The position numbers and the translations under genes are program-made. A stretch of 64,000 bases of DNA from a virus (taxonomy: Duplodnaviria > Caudoviricetes): the IMG/VR virus record IMGVR_UViG_3300028886_000028, positions 96,001 through 160,000 of that record; one strand, 5' to 3'. Numbering within the stretch: the stretch's first letter is position 1; each line of letters opens with the position of its first letter. Below, piece after piece: positions 50,401-60,700 of the stretch. A model generated the notes under the pieces. That model saw only the letters and a program-made list of their open reading frames with translations. It made no database searches and was not told the origin of the DNA.

Positions 50401-50728
50401 ATTAGTGAAAAAACACGATGAAACTCCTGATTATGCAAGATTAATTAATGATGGTTCTTGCAGATATGTTTGGAGAAAAATACTTTCAAATGGCGTAGAG
50501 GATGGGGATTATGTATATCCATTTACTAATGGGGCATTTTACATTAATAGGCAAATTAATTTCTTTTTGAGAAGGCAAGACCCTAAAAAATTTAATTTAG
50601 GCTTTACCGGAGGAAACGGAGAGGAACATATAGACTTTGTTCCAGATGGAGAAAGTATAAGCAATTATCCTAATTTTAATGTAAACGAACAAACTAATTA
50701 CGAAGCAAACGAAATTAAAGAATGTTAA
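47492..50728 (+). CDS. Large virion structural protein
   Basis: 1078 aa in the contiguous baseplate operon. C-terminal 'YPFTNGAFY..FFLRRQDP'. Confidence 0.6.
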   Translation: MESTQNILLNSSKNKKETNENVSLQIEFSGNMKLLPEDTVEDSLNSYDIYLNERKESNKFRLVVNINPFCSNVLFNPFTEIVKNEGTESVVCLNYEDGYTENKNNLIGKSEYFVWHQYDAIRDTQLSNETCGFEYHCGIDIFNNHILRNKTLKAVNFNETNSLKTLGMLDYTTDGDKIYGKSFKKVKVNELGDTPGHQWQYFIETDFNTIDDYMRDKDGWVISEHFPKIVKKDSVRSNLETIIMPLHLYQNYDILSFRDCIKEKLLENNGWYGFSNPSTLGITETKNGTHQSTTVNSTFDVDKLSLKICPPDTNGNVSITAIKTTSVDNIDASRLDINKTINNKEYCDYIDMYPGRDLYSFTPKYNEGRKRIEKNWNYCLTYPSKNVIKNDDIDFPFFRIDDRGNTSLKVYMFDEGTVDDDGTQLLTIYTVCQHGLMEGDEVNIYKSNDIFYDSAEVIHVIDKYIFQVFKNTSNMSDYWIEVENRNVVGVDILNPFQYSPEESPILPQRILDGILQVGGNYFPICESNRCNVDPNAQDIHIRRVVSGVECKYYVRKFSRLPNFKFRDEEVNDYTLYDDSHNKKKNKKGELTLIEKFSKPGDKKTEFESHISKLGFASTSYGDDSTEIVFTDDINTSFIRDNLGRPLSDIFLTIIKNNKGYKEWYGIGKGITINSIDVEYSHCFGKVNGSFLLSDYYREYYLNGNNNVNLYDVRDITANSFHSLLITNKVDKSTSPDSDEIEFSKDWEYYGDICCFSPIDCDEQSIQYAMHRFNTVQRELVNYDAEDANRKFNNGKMYYDEILHVENSLPFSKAYDGDPYEPFKRGSLQRKKKKEILATNLYHTTKEELNSMLNFQEGYYYQPHYRISVKTISSELSKDENVEYEIVEIRDPSATTENDRTLYELKTSVDNLFSENEKAVLYKKSINKYYFITVYAIIDFNRFICTISDESGNHDITIDGIFDIENINDYTLVKKHDETPDYARLINDGSCRYVWRKILSNGVEDGDYVYPFTNGAFYINRQINFFLRRQDPKKFNLGFTGGNGEEHIDFVPDGESISNYPNFNVNEQTNYEANEIKEC

Positions 50729-53700
50729 AGTATTCCATTAAACCTAATAAAAATATAGAATTGAAAGACTTTCCAATTAGAGAAATATTTGTTTCTCCTG
50801 ATTTAACATACATATCAGGCGTTACAGATATAAATAACGGTTTAGTAAATGGAGAAAAAATTCTCATTAGAAGTCCATATCTTATTGGTAATGAAATCAA
50901 TACTATAAATGTTGAAACCGTTAAAAGACAAGGTAGAGTAAATATTACTATTAAATTGCCAATAAAAAAAATCACTTTGCCGTTAAATTTTCAGATATAT
51001 AGTGATGATAATGGTGACAGTTATATATTAGCATTTAATAAAAAAACAATAGTTAATGATATTTCAGGTGATACTGTGGTAAGCAGTATTACTCAAAATT
51101 ATGTTGAATATAAAGGAGATATTTGTTATTTTTTTCATGGAACACCAAGTGGCTATTTAATTGACCATAAATTTTACGAGGCAAATGATAGTGATGAGTA
51201 TATTGAACTTGAAACATATACTTACATAGAAAATGGAAAAATGCAAATAGGAGATTATACATATTATGCTGATTATTCTAAAATAGATTCAGAAACTCCA
51301 CCTGAATTAAAATTAGGTAAAAATCATGAACCAATAAAAAAAGAAGATTTAATAGGCCTTATTGATGGTTGCGAGTGTTATATGGGTGATGTTTTAGATT
51401 ATGAGCCTATAAAATGGGAAAGAGTCGATAAGTTTTATATTCAAAAGGTAAAAAACCCAACTTTTAATGTGGATGATGTATTATACGGTGGCTATAAACA
51501 TTATGTGACATATAATGACGAAAATTATTATTTTAGGGACGTATATCAATATGATAAAGAGTTAGGAGAAGATGTATATATGGGGTATGGCACTGTTATT
51601 AATGATATGTTTCGTGAAGCATTATCTAATTATGGCAGCAACCTATATAAAACTTATCACGATGAACCTTTTATTGGAAGTTATTTATATATTGGAGAGT
51701 ATGAAGAATATTTAGAAGTGCATGATAGTTTAATAAGTCCTATTAATGGCGGCAGATTCGTAATTTTAATCGGCGCAGACGGCGGAAGTGATGTGTCACC
51801 TGGTAATTTTATAATAGCTGAAAGCAATTCTCCAATATCCATAAAAAGATATGTGGAAGAGGATAGCGATGTTGTAGAAAAAAACAAATATATTGTTTTT
51901 GGAGGAAAGAAATATTTAGTTGAAGCTCATTTGTGCGACACAGTTAATATATCAGATGAAGATTATGTTTTAACATATTTAAATGAAGAATTAAGTAGTG
52001 CTAGTACTGTTATAAATGGAGAAACAATGTATTTTGATATAGATGATAATAAAGCAGTTTTAAGCAATAAAATATATTACAAATCATCTAGTGAAGAAGA
52101 AGAAATTATAAAAGTTAAGTACGGCATTAAAGAAGAAGGGTATGAGATAACAGAGTCAAGTGGAGTAACAATAGGTGATAGAAAATATCCTGTTGTTACC
52201 GAAAGCGGATATACTAATGATGGAGAGGAAATTACATTTGATACTGTAACATTAAATGAAAATATAAAAATAACTTTAGAAGTAACAGATAAAAATGGCA
52301 TAAGTACTTATTTAGCATATCCCGTTACTGATGATGATTTTATTGATGAAACTTCAAATATATTATTACAAAGAGAGTATAGTGATGTGATAGTAAGCAA
52401 CTGGAAATCGTTTAATTTTACACTTAGAAAAGACACATTTGGAAAACGTCCTTTAACTGTTGAAAATGGTTTAATGGATTCTATGTCATCAATGTTTCCG
52501 TATTCTATTTCAGATGCTTATTTACTGGAAAATAAAATAGAATTATTAAGAATGCAAGATTATTTATCATTTAATTTTCCTTTACTTAATAAAATAGGTA
52601 CCGATATTAGACGTGAAGATATAATTAAAAATGATTTTGTTGACTATATAAAAAAGGAATCAATAAACACAATAGTCGATATGGAAAAGGACGTATATTA
52701 CCCAGTATGGATTAATAATGGGAAATATAGTCCTATACAACAAATTAGATTCAATTTGCATTTTAGAACAAGAAATTTTGATACATGGAAAACATATGAA
52801 GATGATAGGGAGTTTAAGGGGGTAGAGACACCAAACCATTTAAAATCAAATTGGTTCGTTACTGATTTAAGTTATTATAATGATATGGTTAATCAAGCAG
52901 AAAGTGCGGAAGAAAGAAGAGTTATTTTATCTAAATTACACGATTCTTCTGATTTACTAGGTTTGATGAACTTTACAATGGATGAAATTAAAAATCAAGC
53001 AACTAAAATAGGAAAATCTTTTTTAAGGCTTTCTTTTTATAGCACAAATGACCCTAAAACACAAGTATTACTTGCGACTTCAACAATTTTTTTAGACGAA
53101 AGTTTTTTATATAAAAAATATATTAATTCAAAAAGAAATTCAGACTTAACATTTGCGGATGTAAAAGTAATGCAACAATCAGGATATGAAACGTTTGCAA
53201 GTTATGCGGCAGACGCAGCGATAGGAAGAAGTGATTTTCAAGTGTCATCAAATACAATAACAGATGCTTCAGAAGTTTATATGGATAAATTTTTTAATGA
53301 TGATACAAGGTTAAGTAGTAGATTAGTTGTTAATGATAAATATAATACAGATACTTCATCAGAGGGATATTATATATATATGTTCAAAGAATACGCTAAA
53401 AAAATGCGTGAATCAACAATTTATATGAAAGTAGATTTTAACCATGCCGGTATTGGTCAGACAATGAGTTTTATGCTTCCTAGGACAATATTAGATAACG
53501 ATGTAGATGGTATAGGTAGCCCTTTGTATTTATATAATGATAATGACGTGAAAATTTTAAAAAATGGTTTCAATTTAACTGATATTTATAAGCAAACTCA
53601 TATCCCTATAAGAATAATTTACGATGAAGAAACAAATAAATATGTTTATTATTTACCAAATGAACTTAGAGAAAATAGCAGACTAGGGATAGATAATGAA

Positions 53701-53766
53701 ATAATGGAATTTAATTTATTCGAATTGAAATTTTCTAACGAATCAATAGTAGAAAACGAGTCATGA
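50722..53766 (+). CDS. Large virion structural protein
   Basis: 1014 aa, overlapping its neighbours, with beta-rich 'v.yng..y' repeats. Confidence 0.6.
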   Translation: MLKYSIKPNKNIELKDFPIREIFVSPDLTYISGVTDINNGLVNGEKILIRSPYLIGNEINTINVETVKRQGRVNITIKLPIKKITLPLNFQIYSDDNGDSYILAFNKKTIVNDISGDTVVSSITQNYVEYKGDICYFFHGTPSGYLIDHKFYEANDSDEYIELETYTYIENGKMQIGDYTYYADYSKIDSETPPELKLGKNHEPIKKEDLIGLIDGCECYMGDVLDYEPIKWERVDKFYIQKVKNPTFNVDDVLYGGYKHYVTYNDENYYFRDVYQYDKELGEDVYMGYGTVINDMFREALSNYGSNLYKTYHDEPFIGSYLYIGEYEEYLEVHDSLISPINGGRFVILIGADGGSDVSPGNFIIAESNSPISIKRYVEEDSDVVEKNKYIVFGGKKYLVEAHLCDTVNISDEDYVLTYLNEELSSASTVINGETMYFDIDDNKAVLSNKIYYKSSSEEEEIIKVKYGIKEEGYEITESSGVTIGDRKYPVVTESGYTNDGEEITFDTVTLNENIKITLEVTDKNGISTYLAYPVTDDDFIDETSNILLQREYSDVIVSNWKSFNFTLRKDTFGKRPLTVENGLMDSMSSMFPYSISDAYLLENKIELLRMQDYLSFNFPLLNKIGTDIRREDIIKNDFVDYIKKESINTIVDMEKDVYYPVWINNGKYSPIQQIRFNLHFRTRNFDTWKTYEDDREFKGVETPNHLKSNWFVTDLSYYNDMVNQAESAEERRVILSKLHDSSDLLGLMNFTMDEIKNQATKIGKSFLRLSFYSTNDPKTQVLLATSTIFLDESFLYKKYINSKRNSDLTFADVKVMQQSGYETFASYAADAAIGRSDFQVSSNTITDASEVYMDKFFNDDTRLSSRLVVNDKYNTDTSSEGYYIYMFKEYAKKMRESTIYMKVDFNHAGIGQTMSFMLPRTILDNDVDGIGSPLYLYNDNDVKILKNGFNLTDIYKQTHIPIRIIYDEETNKYVYYLPNELRENSRLGIDNEIMEFNLFELKFSNESIVENES

Positions 53767-56700
53767 AAGTAATTAGCAAAAAAATAGCATTGAATACTTT
53801 TCCGTCTAAACTTCCAGGAGTTGTATCATCAATAATGAATTCTTGGATTATACCACCTTTATATAATTGCGGAAAAATTGATGGTAGTGGTGAAACATTT
53901 TTCAGTTATGATTCAGCAGTTAAAAGGGCTTCTGAATATAATATAAACCCATCACAACTTGTGCATAAATCTCAATTTATTCAGTTTGATAAAAACAATC
54001 TTATAGAGTTTAAAGTGGGAAATTACGGACTTATACCAAGTGACGTTATAATACCAATTGATATAGCAGAAAATGTTACTGATTATACTGACTTTTACGT
54101 AAATTTGCCAGTAACAGATGATTTTTTAGAAACGTTGGATGATGAAGAAAAAAAATTGTACAATGAATTTTTTGATTTAACTTGGCCAATTAATAAAGAA
54201 AGAGACCCTCATTATGAAGGAAGAAATATAATAAGTGGAGATACAGAAATAAAGATACTTACTTACAGTACTCTTAATAAATGGTATTCTTTTTTCAAAA
54301 AATATTACAATTTAATACATAACCCTAGCAGCGCAAGGATTTATGAAACTGCGATTGATTATTATAATAAAGAAGTGTCGGTTAAAAACGAAGAATTATT
54401 AAATTATTATCAATCGCTTGATGACACGTTTGTCTCTCGTGGAGGCAAAGACATGTATAATTGGATTTCAAATAATTGTATTATACAATATCAAATACCT
54501 GAAAAATTTGTAGACGGATGGAATACTACTTATTTATATTATCCGGATGCTATTAAATGGTATCATTGGTTTAAAGAAAGAAGTGAAAATTACGAAAATG
54601 TTAGTATATTAGAAGATTGTGCAATAGTTGATTTAAAAGATGGCAATTGTTGCGATTGTACTGAATTTGTTAAACTAGGAGGTCATGAATTTTATGAAGG
54701 CTTGAAAGAATGGGTTGATAACGTTGAGATAGACAACAGCTCGTTCACAAATGCCGCTTCAATTACTATACCTATTAGTATTTCAACTTCTATTGATGAT
54801 TTAGGGGAAATGACTATTTTTTCTAATAAATGGAAAGATGAAGAAGATTACCACAATACTTTAAACGACAATGGTTTTGGGACAGTAGTTGATAGGCCAC
54901 ATATTAAATATTGTAAATGCAATGAGTGTGGATATAGTGCATCTGAAAATGAGTTTGAAAATGGTTGCCCTAAATGTGGAAGCAATAGTTTTACTCCTTT
55001 TGATGCAACGTTATATGATGTTTATATGATTAAACCTGGCGAAGAAAGAAAAGGATATGAATATAACAGATATTATGAAAATGCTTTCAAATGGAATGAA
55101 AATGATGAAAGCGAATGCATAGATGGCGTGTTTAAAAATGAAGATAATGAAACTGATTGGGTGAATTACACAGATTATTATATGTGTACTCATCCGGAAG
55201 AATTTATAACTCAAAATGAAAATTCTGAACAAGTTACAGCCTTTACTTATTCTCCCATCAATGGCAAAGTTATATATAATCCAACAGATGACGATTTAAT
55301 TAAAGATATAAAAATTAATGAAATTCCTAACGTTTGTATAAACGGTATAACATATAACGTAATTGATGGAAAATATGTTGAACTTTGTTATCCAGAATCA
55401 ATTACAGCAAATATAAAATATAGGAAAAACATTAAATTACAAATATTCAAAGATGGAGATATTGAATATACAGTTTTAAATGGAAAAAGAAAATATGTTG
55501 AAACTGACCCAGAAGACCCATCAAAAGAAATGATTTATTTCTTTAAAGAGTCAAATTGCAAAGACGAAGGATGCAAAGTTGATGAGGGAAAATATGTAAT
55601 ATACGATAATTATTTGTATTTAGTTGACGATAATAAAATTACAATAGAAGAAGATGAAACAAAAAAAATATATCCAGTTTTAGATGGATATTTTGATATA
55701 GGCGGTAGTAGATTTTATATTTCTGGTGATAGTATAGTAGTTCAAGATAAATGCGAGTACGAATCTGAAACTTACACTTTTAAGTTTAAAGAAATTAGCG
55801 AAGAAGAACTTGTACTATTTGGCGTAACAAGAATTATTATTAGTGACGATAAAACAAACGTAAAATTATATTATGACTATACTATAATCCCATTCGATGT
55901 GGTTAGTGGATATACTGATTCTAAGTTGAGCATATTAAGAAGAAAAGAAATAACTACTGATGATTTAGGTAATGAATTGCCTGGATATTTTAAATCTATT
56001 GTAGATATTACAAAAGGAGAAGGTCAATCAAAATATAATTTACCGTATGACGAATGTACGTTAGATATTCTATACAAAGTTGGCGAAGTATCAGGCTTAA
56101 AACAGATTGATTATGAAGAAAATAAATTTATAGGCAATATTATTACGGATATAAAGTTTTATTATGCAGATGATAATAGAACGCCAATTGAAGAAACAGT
56201 AAAACACGCTTTAGAAGACGATGCACTGAAAGCAATAGAAGATTGTGAAAATGCGTTTATTGAATTGGATGATGATACGATACCAGATATAATGTATTGC
56301 GACATTACTTATTACATTGGATGCGTCATAAATAAGCAAAATGACGAAAATAGTGGAGGAAAATATACATTAAATGAAACATTACATAAAGGAGTGAAAT
56401 ATGTAGATACAGTATATGTCTCAAAAAAAGTGGGTACATATTATTTAAATGATGATAAATATTTTACGTTTAAATATTATTTACTATCGCAAGGAATAAA
56501 TACAATTTCTATTACAGACTTTAATACTAATACAGTATGGGATGCTTCTACATATTTTGAATTTGAACCTATGATATATACTAAAGAAGGATTATATCAT
56601 GAAGAAGAATTTAATGGGTTTGAAAAAAATAATGGAATAGTATCTTCTCCATTAATAAGAACAGAATTTAATTTATCTTCATCCATGCCCCAAAATGTTG

Positions 56701-56828
56701 ATGCTGATATTTATATAGATAGAGGAATAAATGCTGCATTTGAAAAACTTTTAAAATTACAAGAGTTTAGAACAATGGAAGCACTTGAAAACTATGGAAA
56801 TGGTTGGTTTAAAATAAACAAATATTAA
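53763..56828 (+). CDS. Large virion structural protein with zinc-ribbon insert
   Basis: 1021 aa. C-terminal 'DIYIDRGINAAFE...LENYGNGWFKI'. Internal CNEC...CPKC. Confidence 0.6.
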   Translation: MKVISKKIALNTFPSKLPGVVSSIMNSWIIPPLYNCGKIDGSGETFFSYDSAVKRASEYNINPSQLVHKSQFIQFDKNNLIEFKVGNYGLIPSDVIIPIDIAENVTDYTDFYVNLPVTDDFLETLDDEEKKLYNEFFDLTWPINKERDPHYEGRNIISGDTEIKILTYSTLNKWYSFFKKYYNLIHNPSSARIYETAIDYYNKEVSVKNEELLNYYQSLDDTFVSRGGKDMYNWISNNCIIQYQIPEKFVDGWNTTYLYYPDAIKWYHWFKERSENYENVSILEDCAIVDLKDGNCCDCTEFVKLGGHEFYEGLKEWVDNVEIDNSSFTNAASITIPISISTSIDDLGEMTIFSNKWKDEEDYHNTLNDNGFGTVVDRPHIKYCKCNECGYSASENEFENGCPKCGSNSFTPFDATLYDVYMIKPGEERKGYEYNRYYENAFKWNENDESECIDGVFKNEDNETDWVNYTDYYMCTHPEEFITQNENSEQVTAFTYSPINGKVIYNPTDDDLIKDIKINEIPNVCINGITYNVIDGKYVELCYPESITANIKYRKNIKLQIFKDGDIEYTVLNGKRKYVETDPEDPSKEMIYFFKESNCKDEGCKVDEGKYVIYDNYLYLVDDNKITIEEDETKKIYPVLDGYFDIGGSRFYISGDSIVVQDKCEYESETYTFKFKEISEEELVLFGVTRIIISDDKTNVKLYYDYTIIPFDVVSGYTDSKLSILRRKEITTDDLGNELPGYFKSIVDITKGEGQSKYNLPYDECTLDILYKVGEVSGLKQIDYEENKFIGNIITDIKFYYADDNRTPIEETVKHALEDDALKAIEDCENAFIELDDDTIPDIMYCDITYYIGCVINKQNDENSGGKYTLNETLHKGVKYVDTVYVSKKVGTYYLNDDKYFTFKYYLLSQGINTISITDFNTNTVWDASTYFEFEPMIYTKEGLYHEEEFNGFEKNNGIVSSPLIRTEFNLSSSMPQNVDADIYIDRGINAAFEKLLKLQEFRTMEALENYGNGWFKINKY

Positions 56829-56843
56829 TAAAAATATAGTAAA

Positions 56844-57752
56844 ATGAGTTCAGGAGTTTACGGAACAACAATACCGGCAAGAATTACAAGCGATGATATT
56901 GATATATTTTATGCTTATCATGAAACAAGGAATAGTGATAGCATAGAAAATTCAGTTTTTACAAAGTTACCATCATCTATTTTAAGCGATGTTGTTTACG
57001 ACGGGGAGACTGGGGCAACTGATAATATACTTGAAGGTTTGTATAATTTAAAGTTACCTTTGCAATATTTTAATAGAAAAGGTTTTTATACTGTTTATAT
57101 TAAACCTAAAGAGATACCAGCTGTTATAGCAGATGTTAGTACTCTTACGGCCTTTCCTAATATTAGAGGTATTGTTTTAGATAGCACAGCAAATGATATA
57201 GATAATTCATTGAAAAATAAAATCCAAACTAATAATGCATTAGTTGGCTATAGAGTTATATATCTTACCGATAATGGCGATAGAGAAGATTATTTTAGGT
57301 TAATAACAAGTAATAATAAGTGTGAACCAATTATTCAAACTTCTAATGATTCTAGCAATAAATCATACACTTACAGATATAATGAGAGTTCTACTTTATC
57401 GTTTTTAACTCTTACGCCATCGTCAGCCCCTAGTTTTAAGGCTAATTCATCGCCATTTATAGGAAAGCCAACACAAAGAATAATATTAGTCAATACACTT
57501 TTCGAACCAGTTATGCTTGATATAGAAATGACGGAGCATGATTTGGAAACAATGGCTTATATGCTTGAAGGCTCTCAATTAAGAGATTTGGATAATGGAT
57601 TGGTTACTACTTACGACGAAAATAACCAAATTTATCATCAGTCAGAACATTATACAGTTAAAGATGCAACAACAGGTAAACCAGTATTTGAAGTAAAAAG
57701 AAATAAGAACACTTCAATTGATTTTTCACAAACGCTAGAGGATAAACTTTAA
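56844..57752 (+). CDS. Virion structural protein
   Basis: 302 aa within the structural operon ('GLYNLKLP...KGFYTVYIKP'). Confidence 0.6.
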   Translation: MSSGVYGTTIPARITSDDIDIFYAYHETRNSDSIENSVFTKLPSSILSDVVYDGETGATDNILEGLYNLKLPLQYFNRKGFYTVYIKPKEIPAVIADVSTLTAFPNIRGIVLDSTANDIDNSLKNKIQTNNALVGYRVIYLTDNGDREDYFRLITSNNKCEPIIQTSNDSSNKSYTYRYNESSTLSFLTLTPSSAPSFKANSSPFIGKPTQRIILVNTLFEPVMLDIEMTEHDLETMAYMLEGSQLRDLDNGLVTTYDENNQIYHQSEHYTVKDATTGKPVFEVKRNKNTSIDFSQTLEDKL

Positions 57753-57757
57753 TAGAA

Positions 57758-60700
57758 ATGGCAAAAAAATATATAAAATCACATAGCAATTATGTTTTAA
57801 AAACAAAACATCAACAAACTAATGATGGTATTATTTATGAAAGAGATATTACCACCATTGGAGGGCGTGACCAATTTGCAAAGGGCCAAGTACCAATTTA
57901 TCGTACTGGTAATTTTGTCATTACCACAAATAACGATTCAAACACATATAAAAAGGTTACTGAAAGAGATTGGCATAGGAGTGATGAAGGAGAAATATGG
58001 ACAATTAATACTCTTAAAGGATTTGAAAAAGATGAAAAATCCTCTTATGATAAAAAAATTGTAATTAAAAAAGATTATTTAGACCTTCGTGATTATGCTT
58101 ATTATGGTTCATGCTCTGAATTAATGAGAGTTTCTATTGAGGATATACTTAAAAATTATCCTGGAGAATTATTTATTCCTTATGAAACAATATATACAGG
58201 CACAACCACTGTAGATGAACAAAGCATCACCGGAGTTCAATATACAGAAGAAGCAGCTGAAGCTGCATTTGATAGTTACGCTTCAGTAAATACAGGTATT
58301 AAAGGATATTATACATCTTTAGAAGAAAGAAAATCACGTGTTGTTACAGATAGCTGTGGCAATGACATGATTATTAATTCAGTTTCTCTTATTGACCCTC
58401 TTACCGATGAAGAAAAGGAAGAATTAAAACAAGGAATACCTTATACAAGAGAATTTAAATACATTACAGATAAAAATGGTAATATAGTAGAAGAAAAAAG
58501 TCTTTCTTTGATTGATAATCCATTTGAAATAAATATACACGATAGGTCTATTCAAGATAAAGATAATCCATTGAAGTATTTTGCAAATGGAGGCATAGAT
58601 AATTATGTTGGATACCTTAAACTAGATGAAAACGACGAAATAAGCATTGATGGAGAATGGAAAATGGATTCTAAACATGAATATGCCATTTCCATAGAAG
58701 ATATTACTCTAGATGGATTAGGAGAACAAACCCAAGATACTGAAATATTTGATTACGAAGATTTAAGGCCAACAATTCAATGTAATGATGGAAGCTATAT
58801 TGTATCTGATGGCAAAATTCATATTTATGCATCTAGGAGCAAAAAAACAACAAACTCTTGCCTTCAAACTTGTATAGACCCTGGTAAATATATAGGAAAA
58901 GTTAAGTTATGCTTTAGAAAAATAGATTATTCATTTAAAACAACACCAGGACTTAAAAGAGACGATGATGGCAATCCAATGGAAATGTGCTGCAATGGTT
59001 CATTAAGTTTTCCTCCTGGAGGTGGAGAAGGAAAATTCCCATCATATAATGGAGGATTTGACACTCAAATTGATTCATATAGTACATCAGAGTGCAAATA
59101 TGAATTAACTATATATATGTTCATGGGAAATAATAACGAGATTAAATATCTTGTTGAAAATGCTGATTCTAATGGAGAATTTAAATGGGAAAATTTCGTA
59201 GCAAGAATAAGGCCAAACAAAAAAGTTATAAATGAATATTTCGATAAACTTGATTTATTCGAAAAAGTACTGTTAAATAGAGACACAGACCCTATATATA
59301 CAGCAAATTTTGAACTCATCAATGATGATGATTATGGCGCATATACATATACAAAACAATTTACATTCCCAACAACATATGGCGGATGGAATTTAGGGTC
59401 TAATAATCAAGCATTTGCCGAATATGTTTCTAGTTTATCAGATATTGGAGAATATTATGATAGTAAATTTACTGATAATTTATGGCGTTCTATGACGCAT
59501 GAATCAATAAAGAATTTTGATTGGACATATACAAGACATTATACGCCAGGAGAAGAAGAACCATTTATTGAAGGCGGAAACAAAATCAAAAAAACTATTA
59601 GAATTTACGGCAGAGAATTTGATGAAGTTAAGTCATATATTGATGCTATTGACGATTTAAATACAGTTACATACGATAATATAAATAATATTCCTGATTA
59701 TTTCTTTACAGATAAACTTGAAGAAAGCGGTTGGGATGTAACTTTAGTATACCCTCTAGAATTATCAGAATTTGTTAATGGGCATGATAACGTTCCTATT
59801 GATATACACCAGTTATTCGAAAATAAATATGATGAAGATGGTAATGAAATTACTACAGAAGATGCAGAAAAATTAAATTATTTCTATGATACAAAGGATG
59901 AAAACAAAAATAAAATAACAATACAAAGAGTTTTTAATCAAAAAAATACACACGTATTCCCTTATTCTATTTCTAATATTTCATCAGATGATACAGGAAA
60001 TACAGGCACTTACGAAAATGATTGCGGAGAAACCATAAAAATATATTCTGATGAAAATGATTATTCTTCTGCAAAGGTGAATAATGAATTCATAAAGAGA
60101 TTATATCTCAATAGTAAAGAAATATGGAAACATAAAGGAACTATTGAAGGAATAGAAATGCTGCTTTCTATTTTTGGCTTAAGGAGCAAAAGTAGAATTT
60201 ATACAGATGAAAAATATTTTGTAACAAAAAAAGATGAAGAAGGTGGTGACTGTCTGTCTTTAACGGAAAATGGAGAAAAATATTATAAAAATTATGAAGA
60301 TAAATTGTACAATCTTTATGATTATGATGTAAAAGAATATACTTTGTTTACCACGAGAGAAGAAGACGAATGGCTACCAACCAAAAACATGTATAAACTT
60401 GATTGGGTTAACTCTACAAAATTAGTTACTTATGCCAATGATAACGGTACTTATGAATCGTATAAAGGATTACCAGTTTCATATAGAGAAACTAAGGATT
60501 TAAACGAGAATAAAATAAGATATATATACCCACACTTCAATTCATATGTTGCATATGACGGAAATCCATATTATCAAATGGATGGAGGATGGATGCAGAA
60601 AAAACCATTTATGTTTGATAGCAAAAATAATATAGTTGTAGAAGATTCAGAAGCAGAAAATAGAAAAAATAAATCATTGTTTACTGAAACAATTAAAAAT

